A stretch of 63,698 nt of DNA, filler included. It is 10 parts of 10 records of this genome, joined end to end, with 100 filler letters (N's around TTAATTAATTAA, not from the genome) between each part and the next. Parts side by side here need not be neighbours in the genome. Positions count along the whole stretch, not along the records: positions 51,448 to 56,501 come from SRR31147125_133386; positions 56,602 to 63,698 come from SRR31147125_133403; 8 more parts are not named here. One strand, given 5' to 3'. Below the pieces are notes generated by a model, which was not told where the DNA came from, searched no databases, and saw only the letters and a program-made list of their open reading frames with translations. This document shows, piece by piece, positions 53,674 through 63,698 of this stretch. The position numbers and the translations under genes are program-made. Positions within the stretch are counted from its first letter, which is position 1. The number at the start of each line of letters is the position of its first letter.

Positions 53674-54155
53674 GATGATTCCCTCCGGTCGTTGAGTGTA
53701 CGAATCTCGCGGACAATCACAATTCCACAATAAAAGGCTGCCAGCAGGCAACCGATCGGTACGCTTATTTCCACAGTCCACATGGGAATGCGCATTACCG
53801 GAGACTCGGATGAGCCCACTTTGGTAATCCAGCTGTTGCTCAGAACGGTGATGATGATATTGATTGCTGCCACAAGCAAAAGCCCGAATATATCGATTGC
53901 AGTTCTTGTAGGCTCTCCAATTTTGTCAAGAAAAAAGGAAATGGAAATATGATCCCTTTTACCGATAGCCAATGCTGCTCCGATGGCGGTTGTGTATATG
54001 AACAGATATTCCATCATTTCATTTCCGCCGATGATTGATGAATTGAACACATACCGCATCACTACCAGCAGCACTGTGAGAAGGATGATGGCTCCGAAGA
54101 ATACTGTGACGACAGACTCCAGAATCCTGGTAATGGTTTTCTCTATTTTTTCCAT
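53670..54155 (-). CDS. dctQ: TRAP small permease DctQ
   Basis: 4 TMs, VVMRYVFN, HISI. Confidence 0.93.
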   Translation of the reverse strand: MEKIEKTITRILESVVTVFFGAIILLTVLLVVMRYVFNSSIIGGNEMMEYLFIYTTAIGAALAIGKRDHISISFFLDKIGEPTRTAIDIFGLLLVAAINIIITVLSNSWITKVGSSESPVMRIPMWTVEISVPIGCLLAAFYCGIVIVREIRTLNDRRESS

Positions 54156-54287
54156 GACGTTCCTGTTGAGAGTCTAAAAAAATGAAAACCGGGAGCCCGG
54201 CCCCCGGCTTTCATCTGCATCCGTTGAGATTCTCCGATCGGCTGCATATGTTCGACACACAGTCCTGCGGAGGAACCCCGGAACGGC

Positions 54288-55307
54288 TTAGTTGCCTGCA
54301 GCAATATCCAGGACTTCGTTTATCTCGTCCCAGGTGAAGAATCCGTCATCGACGTATCCCTGCCACACCGGACGTGCTGCCTCAACGAACCCGGCACGTG
54401 CATCGGAGGTGAGTTCATTCACTTCCAGATTTTCCTTCAAAGTGTAGAAGTAATCTTTCTCAGAACCGAGCCAGACCTGGTTCGAGTACTTCATCGCTGA
54501 GTCGGCTACGGAGTCGAAGATGTCCTGAAGGTCGGCGGGGAGGGCATTGTACCAGTCGGGACTGACATAGAAGGGATCGGGATGTACCTGCCAGTTAACC
54601 ACCGAGAGGTATTTCTGAGCCTCGTAGAACTTCATATCGACAGTGTTGGAGAAGGGATTCTCCTGACCGTCAACAACACCGGATTTCAGAGCCATGTAGG
54701 TTTCAGTGTATGCGACCTGCTGGGGATTGGCACCGATGGCACCGAAGGTTTTGATGGTCATATCAATAGGAGGAGTACGCATTTTGAGGCCTTCGACATC
54801 ATCAACAGTTTCGATGGGCCGCACATTGTTGGTGATGTTACGGAATCCACCGGCAACACCGGTGGCGGGAACGTAGATTCCGTTCTCGAGGGCACCAGCA
54901 TTCACGGTATCACCGAACTCACTGTCCATTACCGCAAGAACCTGGTCGGTGTTTTCAAACATGAAAGGCAGTGTATAGATGAGGTATTTCTTGTTGGCAC
55001 GTTCAAACAGGCCGCCGCGGCATCCCTGGACTGTTCCGAGTTTGACCATATCGAGGACTTCAGCCTCTTTGCCCAGTACTCCACCGAAGTAGAGTTCCAC
55101 CTGGATCCTTCCACCGGAGGCTTTCTCAAGCTGCTCCTTGAAAAACTCCATCGAGACACTGCGGGGATGTTCAGGGGATTGTGTATGGGCGTATTTGAAG
55201 GTATACACCTGATCATCTGAAGCAGCCGCTTCATCTGAGGAGCCATTTGCTGCGAGGAAGCCGGTCAGCAGTAACAGCAAAGCCAATCCTGTCAGAAATC
55301 GTTTCAT
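54288..55307 (-). CDS. dctP: TRAP solute-binding protein DctP
   Basis: GFRNI, GLKMR, YMALKSGVVDGQENP, FYEAQKY; spirochaete-style signal (LAANGSSD). Confidence 0.95.
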   Translation of the reverse strand: MKRFLTGLALLLLLTGFLAANGSSDEAAASDDQVYTFKYAHTQSPEHPRSVSMEFFKEQLEKASGGRIQVELYFGGVLGKEAEVLDMVKLGTVQGCRGGLFERANKKYLIYTLPFMFENTDQVLAVMDSEFGDTVNAGALENGIYVPATGVAGGFRNITNNVRPIETVDDVEGLKMRTPPIDMTIKTFGAIGANPQQVAYTETYMALKSGVVDGQENPFSNTVDMKFYEAQKYLSVVNWQVHPDPFYVSPDWYNALPADLQDIFDSVADSAMKYSNQVWLGSEKDYFYTLKENLEVNELTSDARAGFVEAARPVWQGYVDDGFFTWDEINEVLDIAAGN

Positions 55308-55320
55308 GATACACTCCTTG

Positions 55321-55357
55321 TGTTTCATATATAAAACACTGTTTCATATAAGATACA
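55321..55357. promoter_or_regulatory. Probable IclR-family operator at the dctP promoter
   Basis: TGTTTCATATATAAAACA palindrome followed by a second TGTTTCATATA; the same motif recurs at 56201-56236. Confidence 0.6.
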
Positions 55358-55384
55358 CAATAGTAAACCCATATAAATAGGGTG

Positions 55385-56155
55385 TCAATCTAAGATTTCG
55401 ATTGAACCCATTTGGCGGGAGACTGTAGATGCTGCTTTTTTAACCGCAGATTCGATGAGCTCTATCCGGTCCGGCGTACAGGTCATGGTGGTACCTGTGA
55501 CACCCACGGCGCCAATGCAGTCACCATTGCTGCCAAAGATCGGAGCCGCGCAGCATCGGACATTGTCCCTGTATTCCATGTTGTCATGAGATAATCCCCT
55601 CTTGCGTATTTCAACCAGGCTGTCTTTGAGGGTATTCAAGTCAGTTATAGTATTCGCCGTATAGCTCTCCAGAGATTCCCCGAAGTAGAAGCCTTCCAGG
55701 TCATCACCGATGATGTAGGCCAGGAACAACTTTCCATGAGAAGTGCAGTACAACGGCAGCAGATTCCCCGGTGTAGAGACGAGTTTTATATGGTTTTTGG
55801 CTTCCCTGACTTCAAGAATCATGGATTTTCTGCCTGATGGCACAGCCAGATGCGATGTTTCACCTGTCTCCTCGGTAAGGGAATCCAGTACCGGAACGGC
55901 CATGTCAGCGATTGTCCTACCGGCCAGTGTTGTCAGGCCGTAATGAATCAGCATATAGCCAAGGAAGAACAGATCACCCTTCTTCTCCACCCAGGAACGG
56001 GCTTCCAAAGTGCGCAGGATTCGAAAGACTGTGGATTTGGGTGCCCTGATTACAGCTGAGATCTCCGAGAGACTCATTCCCTGCGAGTGGCAGGAAAGAC
56101 ATTCTATAACATCCAGAGTTTTAGAAAGGACCGGGATGGAATAAGACGGTGCCAT
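55385..56155 (-). CDS. IclR-family transcriptional regulator
   Basis: HTH PKSTVFRILRTL, TGETSHL, LYCTSHGK, RCCAAPIF. Confidence 0.95.
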   Translation of the reverse strand: MAPSYSIPVLSKTLDVIECLSCHSQGMSLSEISAVIRAPKSTVFRILRTLEARSWVEKKGDLFFLGYMLIHYGLTTLAGRTIADMAVPVLDSLTEETGETSHLAVPSGRKSMILEVREAKNHIKLVSTPGNLLPLYCTSHGKLFLAYIIGDDLEGFYFGESLESYTANTITDLNTLKDSLVEIRKRGLSHDNMEYRDNVRCCAAPIFGSNGDCIGAVGVTGTTMTCTPDRIELIESAVKKAASTVSRQMGSIEILD

Positions 56156-56200
56156 TGATGCCTCCACAACAAGAAAACACAATACCGGCACAAATTTCAA

Positions 56201-56236
56201 GTTTCATATCATGAATATAGTTTTATATATAAAACA
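56201..56236. promoter_or_regulatory. Probable IclR autoregulatory operator
   Basis: GTTTCATATCATGAATA and GTTTTATATATAAAAC palindromes upstream of iclR. Confidence 0.55.
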
Positions 56237-56601
56237 CAATAAACGACGAGTGAGGAAGTCAGACCATAAGCCTGTCTGTCGAAATCCCAGCTTTGCCGCT
56301 GTCCTGGACCACCCCGTGGTGTAGTTTTCAATTTAGCCGATCTAAGAGGGTATCTCGAGGTCGATCCAGAACATCCCTTCTGAATGGGGCATCGGAGTTC
56401 ACAAGAACTCGTATCACATCGCACTTCGTAGCGACAATGTAAACAACGGATCAAGTCGATGTCTCTCTCATCACGGATTTGTATTACCGGAGAGTACAAC
56501 CNNNNNNNNNNNNNNNNNNNNNNNNNNNNNNNNNNNNNNNNNNNNTTAATTAATTAANNNNNNNNNNNNNNNNNNNNNNNNNNNNNNNNNNNNNNNNNNN
56601 N

Positions 56602-56858
56602 CCCCCTCTTTAATAAAGCTGTCAAAGCTGGTGGGTATCAATAAAAACAAGCTCAATCAAGGGTTTCAACAAGCCTTTGGCACCAGCGTATTTGACTATT
56701 TGCGCATATACCGGCTGGAAAAGGCCAGACAGATTCTTGAGAATAAAGAAATGAATGTTACAGAAGTCTCCCTTGAGGTCGGTTATACCCACCAGAGGAA
56801 TTTTACCAGGGCGTTTAAAAAACATTTTGGTGTAAATCCCAAAAACTGCCTTTATTAA
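56602..56858 (+). CDS. AraC-family (PchR-like) regulator, C-terminal HTH (5' truncated)
   Basis: KLNQGFQQAFGTSVFDYL, VTEVSLEVGY, FTRAFKKHFGVNP. Confidence 0.9.
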
Positions 56859-56942
56859 CGGATATTGCCACCGCCGCCATTCTTATCCATACGAGAGGGC
56901 GCCCGCCTCAAGGCCCATGATCGGAATAAAACAGTCCAAAAC

Positions 56943-56986
56943 AATTCCGCAATGAGATGCAAATAATTCCGCAATGAGATGCAAAA
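56943..56986 (+). promoter_or_regulatory. 22-bp tandem direct repeat, probable AraC binding site
   Basis: AATTCCGCAATGAGATGCAAA(T/A) x2 between araC and the receptor gene. Confidence 0.65.
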
Positions 56987-57103
56987 ACTGAAATCTTGTG
57001 TGATATTCCCAAGGATTATGCAATGCCTGATAATTTTAGGTGAAACTTCAATTATTTTATATGGAACTTTAAGATGAGTTACCGGTTTGGGAGGAATGTC
57101 ACA

Positions 57104-59242
57104 ATGGAAAAAACAATGGTCAGGTGGACGCAAAGATGGACCTGTATTTTTTGCAGCCTGGTTTTAATCATCCTTATTGGCCCGGCATATGCTTTCGGTC
57201 ATGAAACCAGTATGGAAGGAAAAGAAGAACGTATCCGGACGGACCCCATAGTGGTCACTGCAGGAAAAAGAAAAGAGGGAATCACTGAAATCAACGCAAG
57301 TGTTTCGCTTATGAACGAAAAAGAATTAATGGTGGAGCGCATTGAATCCATTGATGACCTGGCCGGCCGGTTTGCGAACTTTCACATACAAAGCGCCGGT
57401 GGCAGCACCAACAGCTTCATTTCCATGCGAGGCGTCATGGGACAGAACGTTCCCATGACCCCGTCGGGTGTAGGCATATACATTGATGATGTAACGCTTT
57501 TTGATCCCCTGTCAAATTTATTATCCAGTGCCTATTTTTTTGATCTGGATCGCGTGGAGGTTCTGCGGGGCCCCCAGGGAACGCTTTACGGCCGCAATGC
57601 CGAAGCAGGCGTTATGATAATCAAAACCAAGGACCCGGAACAAAGGCTTTTTGGCAAAGCCATGGTCGAAGTGGGCAATTTCAACAAGTATCTGGGTACT
57701 GCAGTCTTAAATCTCCCATTGGTGAAAAATAAAATGTCTGCCCGCATTGCGGCCTCTTATCTGAAGCGTGATGGGTATAGTGACAATGTTTTCCTGGGTA
57801 ATACAGCAGCCAATGCAGATGAAAAAAATTTCCGGGGTAAATTACTCTGGGACCTGGGCCCTGCTACGGAACTTCTTTTTACCGGGGAACACAATTATGT
57901 CCGTGACGGGGCCCAGGATTTATTTCCTTTTACCCTGGCAGGCCCCAACTGGGATACCGGCAAGGTGAACACTGATGTGGACGGTCATGAAAACCGAGAT
58001 ATGAAGGCCTACAGCCTGCGTTTTAAACATCAGTTTGACAGGTTCGAGCTGGTATCCATTACAGCCTACAGGGACGGGCAGGAATGCACCCTGGGAGACC
58101 CGGATTTCTGGAGCTTTAAATCAGGCTATTCAGATTTTGTGTTGGAACAAAAACAATTCAGCCAGGAATTGCGCCTGGTATCCGGTCAGCAAACCCTGCC
58201 CTGGAAATGGCTTGCCGGCGCATATTATTTCCATAATGACATGGAATTCAACTCCATTTATCACATGGGTCCGGATGGCGTGCCCATGGAGATGGACATG
58301 TATACTTTTGGGGACGGTACCAACCAGGGTGCTGCCTTGTTCGGAGATATTGAATATCTTTTCGATTCAGGCATCCGCTTAGGGGCAGGCATCAGAGGTC
58401 AATATTACAAAGATGAACTCAAATCCAGGGCAGATATTGAAGCCATGGACATGGTTATGAGTTCAAACAGCGGCAGTGTCACCAATACCTACAATCAATT
58501 ATTGGGCAAAATATCTTTGGCCTATGATTTTGATTCTGATGTCACGGTCTATGGATTGATCTCCCAGGGCAGCAGGGCCGGTGGTATCACCAGTCTTGCC
58601 CAGACCGACCGCATGCATGCCTATGATCCTGAAACCGCAGTCAATTACGAATTGGGATTTAAAGGTGAACTGCCCGGTAGTTTAGGCTATTTCAACCTTT
58701 CTTTCTTTTTAATGCAGATTGAAGATCTCCATGTCAGCACCACAGGAATCGGGGGATTTCAATATATCTCCAATGCCGGAAAAGCCCGCAACCTGGGTGG
58801 CGAAGCCAATTTTCACCTCAACCTGCACAAGGATCTCACAGCAAATCTGGCCTTGGGCTATGTGGATGCCGTTTTAAAGGATTATAAAGACGGCGCACTT
58901 GACTATGGCAATAAAACCGTGCCCAATATACCCGACATCACAGGAACCATCGGCCTCCAATACAGCCGGCAATTAAATAAGGATATGGGATTTATCGCCC
59001 GGACCAGTTGCCACTATATTGGCGAGACATACTGGGATATGGCCAATACAAATTCCGAAGGCGCCTATGCCCTGGTTAATGCAACACTTGGCCTGGAGGG
59101 GGACAGGTGGAAGGTGTATCTCTGGGGGAAAAACCTTCTGGATAAGGAATATGTCCGCAAAGGTTTGATGTGGGGCGATATGATGATGGGCGCCTATGGT
59201 GCCCCCATGACCTTTGGCGCAACCCTGCAGCTTGAATTCTAA
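57104..59242 (+). CDS. TonB-dependent receptor (FyuA/siderophore-like)
   Basis: Signal peptide, VVTAGKR, RVEVLRGPQGTLYGRNAEAG, SQELRL, NYELG, terminal F; GGAGG RBS. Confidence 0.93.
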   Translation: MEKTMVRWTQRWTCIFCSLVLIILIGPAYAFGHETSMEGKEERIRTDPIVVTAGKRKEGITEINASVSLMNEKELMVERIESIDDLAGRFANFHIQSAGGSTNSFISMRGVMGQNVPMTPSGVGIYIDDVTLFDPLSNLLSSAYFFDLDRVEVLRGPQGTLYGRNAEAGVMIIKTKDPEQRLFGKAMVEVGNFNKYLGTAVLNLPLVKNKMSARIAASYLKRDGYSDNVFLGNTAANADEKNFRGKLLWDLGPATELLFTGEHNYVRDGAQDLFPFTLAGPNWDTGKVNTDVDGHENRDMKAYSLRFKHQFDRFELVSITAYRDGQECTLGDPDFWSFKSGYSDFVLEQKQFSQELRLVSGQQTLPWKWLAGAYYFHNDMEFNSIYHMGPDGVPMEMDMYTFGDGTNQGAALFGDIEYLFDSGIRLGAGIRGQYYKDELKSRADIEAMDMVMSSNSGSVTNTYNQLLGKISLAYDFDSDVTVYGLISQGSRAGGITSLAQTDRMHAYDPETAVNYELGFKGELPGSLGYFNLSFFLMQIEDLHVSTTGIGGFQYISNAGKARNLGGEANFHLNLHKDLTANLALGYVDAVLKDYKDGALDYGNKTVPNIPDITGTIGLQYSRQLNKDMGFIARTSCHYIGETYWDMANTNSEGAYALVNATLGLEGDRWKVYLWGKNLLDKEYVRKGLMWGDMMMGAYGAPMTFGATLQLEF

Positions 59243-59246
59243 AAAA

Positions 59247-59882
59247 TCATAAACCGAGTTCATGCCATAGGCCGGAAGAAAAGCTTAAAAGCCTGGCGTC
59301 AGTATGAATAACGGCCTTGGTATGGGAAAGCTGGATCCTGTTCATGGATTCATTGCGGTGAAAAGGGATGACCGCAAAAGCCGTCATCCCGGGGGCAATC
59401 CCCAGGACCCGGCCGGAAAGGACCACCACGGCCACCTCCCTGTCCGCCCCGGCCTTCACCACCGTCTCACGGACCCTGAGGCGCTCCTGGATAAAGGATC
59501 CGGTCCGGGCATTAAATGCAATGGCCCGGTCTTCACTCACCACCAGGGCCAGGTTCTCGGAGATATCCGTATGACAATCCTCTGCTTCATTTTTCCCAAG
59601 GGAAAGGGTGGACCAGGCACGGGATCTGGCGGAGACACAAAGTATTCTCTGGTCGGTGAGCAGGGCGCCGACCCGGCCCGAGGCAGCCTGCCACAGAATT
59701 TTTTCATCAGACCTGAGCCGCGCCGGGACAGATCGTTCCCCGTCAATGAGTGCGATAATGGTATCTTTGGATTCAAACAGGTCGATCCTGTTTTCCGGTT
59801 CCTCCCCTGCCACCCCGTCCCCCACCGGACCTAAAAGCAGCAGCCCGAATAAAAAAACAACCCACCACCCAAAATGATTCAT
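59247..59882 (-). CDS. Secreted hypothetical protein with ~40-aa beta repeats
   Basis: GGAGG RBS, signal MNHFGWWVVFLFGLLLL; repeated +++T..R+++.S motifs. Confidence 0.7.
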   Translation of the reverse strand: MNHFGWWVVFLFGLLLLGPVGDGVAGEEPENRIDLFESKDTIIALIDGERSVPARLRSDEKILWQAASGRVGALLTDQRILCVSARSRAWSTLSLGKNEAEDCHTDISENLALVVSEDRAIAFNARTGSFIQERLRVRETVVKAGADREVAVVVLSGRVLGIAPGMTAFAVIPFHRNESMNRIQLSHTKAVIHTDARLLSFSSGLWHELGL

Positions 59883-59969
59883 CCGGCCTCCTTTTTCAGT
59901 GTACGGATTGACCCGTCTCCTTTGCTTTAGTAGACTCTGCCCCCAATTGTCAACAAAGGGGATGGTAAA

Positions 59970-60464
59970 ATGATACGAAAGGCAATTAAAAAGGACTGCA
60001 TCAATCTGGCGGCCCTCTCCCTGGAAGTCTGGTTCCACACCTATGGTGTTGACGGTGTCAGGTCTGAAAACTCAGAATATGCATTGTCCACATTTACAGA
60101 AGATTATTTTAAGCGATTGCTGGATGATGAAAAATACAGGCTCCTGGTATCTGTCGACGGGATATATCTGAGGGGATATGTGCTGGTCAATCTGGCATCC
60201 AGATATGAAACCGAGGAAAATGGTTTTGAAATAGAAAAGCTCTATGTCCAGGGGCCCTTCCAGGGCCGGGGGATCGGCAGGCAACTGCTCCTGGAAGTCA
60301 TGGCCCGGTTCGGAGAACGGTTCTGGCTCTATACCTGGGTCCGCAATGCCTCCATAGCCTTTTATAAAAAATTCGGGTTTAACGATATCGGCACCTACCA
60401 TTTCACCTTGGGAAAGGAGACCATTGAAAACCGAATATTGGCATATGCCCCTGACCGGTTCTGA
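59970..60464 (+). CDS. GNAT acetyltransferase
   Basis: KLYV..FQGRGIGRQLL, NASIAFYKKFGF. Confidence 0.92.
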   Translation: MIRKAIKKDCINLAALSLEVWFHTYGVDGVRSENSEYALSTFTEDYFKRLLDDEKYRLLVSVDGIYLRGYVLVNLASRYETEENGFEIEKLYVQGPFQGRGIGRQLLLEVMARFGERFWLYTWVRNASIAFYKKFGFNDIGTYHFTLGKETIENRILAYAPDRF

Positions 60465-60688
60465 CCCGGCGGCATCCCACATTCAGATTTTCCTTATCCT
60501 TGGCGTTCTGCATTATCCCGGCATCGGCCCGGTGCCTTATTCTGGTCCCTGAATGAACAATGACCTCATATTGACTCACCGGGCAGGGTTGTATATGATG
60601 ACCCTATCCTGACCTTGACATTTTACCTGCTTTTCAAATCCCAAGGAGGCACCCGGGCGCGCAAAATATAGTTGCCTGCCGTGTTCAT

Positions 60689-62644
60689 ATGAAATATTTA
60701 AGCCGCCAAACCCTCATATTGTATGGGGTCTTATTTTCCCTGTTCGGCCTTTGGGGGTGCGGTTCCCAGGTATCCCTCACCCCGGAGGAAAAGGCATGGT
60801 TAAACCGGCAAAACCATACCCTGCGAATCGCACAGGGGATTGAAGCCCCGCCCATGCTTTTTACCGACGAAAACGGGAAATACGACGGACTGGTGGTTGA
60901 TTATTACCGAATACTTGCCCGAAAGCTGGATCTGAAACTGGTCCATGTTCCCGTTAAAAACTGGAAACACGGAGTGAACCGGATAAAGGCTGGGGAAATC
61001 GATATGATCCTCATGCAGTCCTCGCCGGAGCGGGCACAGGTATTTACCTTTACCAAGCCCTATATCAGAGCACCCTATGTGGTCATCACCCTGAAGGGGA
61101 AGCAAACGCCCCTTGGAAAAGTCACACGCCTGGCCGTGGTCACGGGCAACCTCCTCGGAGAATATGTCCGGAACCGATATCCCGGCATTGAAATCGTCCC
61201 GGCAGAAAACAATCTCCATGCCCTGAAAATGGTGGCGGACCAAAAGGTGAACGCCTGCGGGATCAACCTGGCCTATGCCACCCGGTTAATTGAAAAACAC
61301 GGACTGAACCAACTGGCCATTGCCGGGGAAACCGGGTTCATCAACGAACTGGGGTTTGCGGTTCCCAAAACAGATGAACGGCTTGCCGCCATTATAGAAA
61401 AGGTCCTGGCAGGCATTTCCCCAAAAGATCACCAGAAGATACAGGATAAATGGATCCGCCTTGAAAGATTTCAGGGCCATACCCAAACGCCATCAGCGGC
61501 CCGGTATGTTCCGTTAGCCCTGGCAGGGCTCATCCTTTTGCTGGTCATCCTGGCCCTGGTCCTTTCGGGCAAAAAACGGCTCTTCCCTATCCTCCATTTT
61601 AAGGCGGGGATCCTCATCCTTTTCGTCATGGTGGCACTCTCCGCAGTCATCCCCCTGGTATTAAAGCACTCTGCCAAAGGGTTGCGGTTGACCCCGGCAG
61701 AAAAGGCATGGCTGAAATCCAATGGTGTGACCCTGAACAAATGTATCCAGAGCCCGCCCGTATTCTATATTGACGCCCAGGGACGAAACCAGGGCATTGC
61801 CATTGATTATGCCCGGCCTTTTTTCGCCCTGCTGAACCAGGAGATCCAATGGGCCTGCGCCACCCCCTGGGAAAAGGCGGTTGAGGCACTTAAAAATGGA
61901 GAGGTCACCCTGGGCCTCATGCAGGCCAGCCAGGAGGGCAAAAAGGATTTTTATTTTTCAAAGCCTATTTTAAGCTTCCCCTATGTCCTGGTGACCAGAC
62001 GGTCCGTAAAAGGGTTGCTAACCATGGAGGACCTTTCGGGAAAGATTGTCACAACAGTGAAAGGGTTTGCCATAGAAAAATATATCCGGGACCATTATCC
62101 AAAAGTCATTGTTGAAACGGTACCGGACCATCGGTCAGGCCTTTTTAAAGCCGCATTCGATAAAAATAACGTCTTTGCCGGGAATCTGGCCTATTGTATC
62201 TGGCAGGTCCGGAAACTGGGAATCACCAACCTCAAGGTTTCAGGAGAGACCGGTTTCATAAATGAATTATCCCTGGCAACAACCAGGCAGAACACCCTAT
62301 TTTCCGGCATCATGGACAAAACCCTGGCAGCCATTCCGGAACAAAGGCGTCAAAGCATAAAGGATAAATGGCTCCCGACCAGGGAAAAGCCTTTTTGGAC
62401 CCCAAAACCGGTTTTATGGTCACGGTGACCTGCCTGGGCCTCTTTTCCCTTGCATTGCTGGCCCTCCTGTGGAATTATGCCCTGCGAAGGACCCTCAGGC
62501 GCCAGGGGCCCGCTCCGGGAAAACCAGACCCGGGTCAAAACGGCCATCAAGATGGTCATTGAGGGGATAGGAAATTCATTTTTAAATCCCCCGCCCAAAG
62601 CCTGGATCTGCCCGGATCTATTTTTTTGCCATGGAGACCGCTAA
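60689..62644 (+). CDS. Tandem SBP_bac_3 (BvgS/EvgS-like) sensor domains with TMs, truncated at the start of a PAS-like region; frameshifts at ~62400 and ~62505
   Basis: Two LTPxEKAWL-initiated Venus-flytrap domains ending in IxDKW, TM helices, then LWNYALRR and LRENQTRVKTAIK; no kinase domain follows. Confidence 0.7.
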
Positions 62645-63481
62645 ATGACCCTGAACAAAGAGCCAAAGATGAACCCAAAGGCTGAATTTACCCGCCGGCT
62701 CAACCGGGAACTGAAAAAAGAGGGGTCCCTGCCCATTCTCAGCCCCACAGCTGTTAAAATCCAGTCCGAAGCCCTGAAAAAAGATCCCCATTTCAGCGTG
62801 TTGGCCGGGCTCATACGCAAGGATCCCACCTTGACAAGCCAGATCCTGAAAATCGCCAATGCCCCCATGTACAGAGGGGTGGGCCAGGCCGAAACCCTTA
62901 AGGATGCCCTGACCCGCCTGGGCCAGGTTGAGATGGTCCATGTGATCATGGCGGCCATTCACCGAAACAATTTCAGGTCAACCCATCCCTTGATCTCCAG
63001 ATACCAGGGCCAATTATGGCACCACTCCGTGGCCTGTGCCACAGGGAGCCTCTGGATGGCCAGGCATCTGGGCCTAAAAAAAATCATTCCCAAAGCCTTT
63101 ATCGCAGGCCTGCTCCATGACATGGGCAAACTGCATATCCTCACCGCCCTGGAGCAAATCCTGGGTGCCGGAGACTACCCCCTCCCCCTGGACTGGATGG
63201 AGGCGGCCCTGGCAGACCTTCACCCGGATCTGGGCCATGCCCTGCTGTCCAGGTGGGGACTGCCCGTCCAATACTCGATTATCGCCCGGGACCACCACAG
63301 TCCGGACCTTTCCGATCCCCTCCTGGTAATCATCAAGCTCTCCAATGCCCTTTCCAGAGCCCTGGAAACCGATGAAGATCCCCGCACCCTGGCAAAAATA
63401 CATCACTCAAAACCGGCCCGACACCTGGGGATGGACGAATCCTGGATAGAACCGTTCAAGGCCGCCATTAAGGACGTTTAA
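62645..63481 (+). CDS. HDOD domain protein
   Basis: LPILS, DPTLTSQILKIAN, LWHHS, AGLLHDMGKL, WGLP. Confidence 0.93.
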   Translation: MTLNKEPKMNPKAEFTRRLNRELKKEGSLPILSPTAVKIQSEALKKDPHFSVLAGLIRKDPTLTSQILKIANAPMYRGVGQAETLKDALTRLGQVEMVHVIMAAIHRNNFRSTHPLISRYQGQLWHHSVACATGSLWMARHLGLKKIIPKAFIAGLLHDMGKLHILTALEQILGAGDYPLPLDWMEAALADLHPDLGHALLSRWGLPVQYSIIARDHHSPDLSDPLLVIIKLSNALSRALETDEDPRTLAKIHHSKPARHLGMDESWIEPFKAAIKDV

Positions 63482-63698
63482 ACCGAATCTAAGGGTAGTC
63501 CGCCGGGATTTCCTTCCTAAAATGTACCCCAGCCTTGCACCCCCGGGGTGTATAAGCGCCCGCACATATTCCCCCATCGTAATAAGGTATTACAATGTTT
63601 ACATAGGTATACCACTTTTTTTTCACATTTGCCCATTCCCTTATGCCTCACATTGAGATCGTTTCTGCAATTTCATTTTTTAACTGATTCCTGGAAAA

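Noticed and set aside
5175-56601. Recurring TTAATTAATTAA motif and apparent eukaryote-bacterium gene juxtapositions
   Set aside because: Artificial spacers joining unrelated contigs. No cross-spacer neighbourhood or HGT inference is valid, and ORFs containing X runs are artefacts.
56943-56986. 22-bp repeat pair as a mini-CRISPR
   Set aside because: Directly tandem, no spacer, no cas genes; the position fits a regulator site.
11460-62510. Numerous frameshifts (~11470, ~15800, ~20045, ~26645, ~28290, ~37470/37590, ~52140/52265, ~62400/62505) as programmed frameshifting or pseudogenisation
   Set aside because: Nearly all are 1-bp changes in homopolymers, across unrelated organisms and including conserved mtaB, which is the pattern of sequencing indels.

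Overview
This window is not one locus. It is ten unrelated contigs joined by 100-bp artificial spacers (N44-TTAATTAATTAA-N44), consistent with a metagenome from an anoxic community. Three contigs (1-5174, 5275-10837, 31461-36472) are eukaryotic and probably come from one flagellated protist with tiny intergenic spacers and dense ~45-70 nt introns. They encode a signal-peptide/TPR/SagB-type nitroreductase, WDR34, GCN2, NXT1 and a P4-ATPase. Seven contigs are bacterial: (i) a carbohydrate/oxidoreductase contig with two attC-like sites and a duplicated promoter; (ii) a Desulfobacterota-like hutW heme locus; (iii) a Desulfuromonadales-like multiheme cytochrome cluster; (iv) mtaB-mnmA plus lipid and M48 genes; (v) a Clostridia-type fliF-flgE operon; (vi) a spirochaete-like IclR/TRAP locus; (vii) an AraC/TonB/HDOD contig. 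Taxonomic labels are impressions from gene style, not search results. Main observations: (1) two frame-required 49-nt U12-type (minor spliceosome) introns among about 70 hand-parsed protist introns; (2) a GCN2 whose pseudokinase position holds an apparently intact MAP3K-like kinase; (3) an in-frame flavodoxin-signal peptide-TonB receptor fusion upstream of hutW; (4) an intron-containing, apparently secreted TPR-SagB fusion in the protist. Many bacterial genes carry single-base homopolymer frameshifts, most likely sequencing errors.
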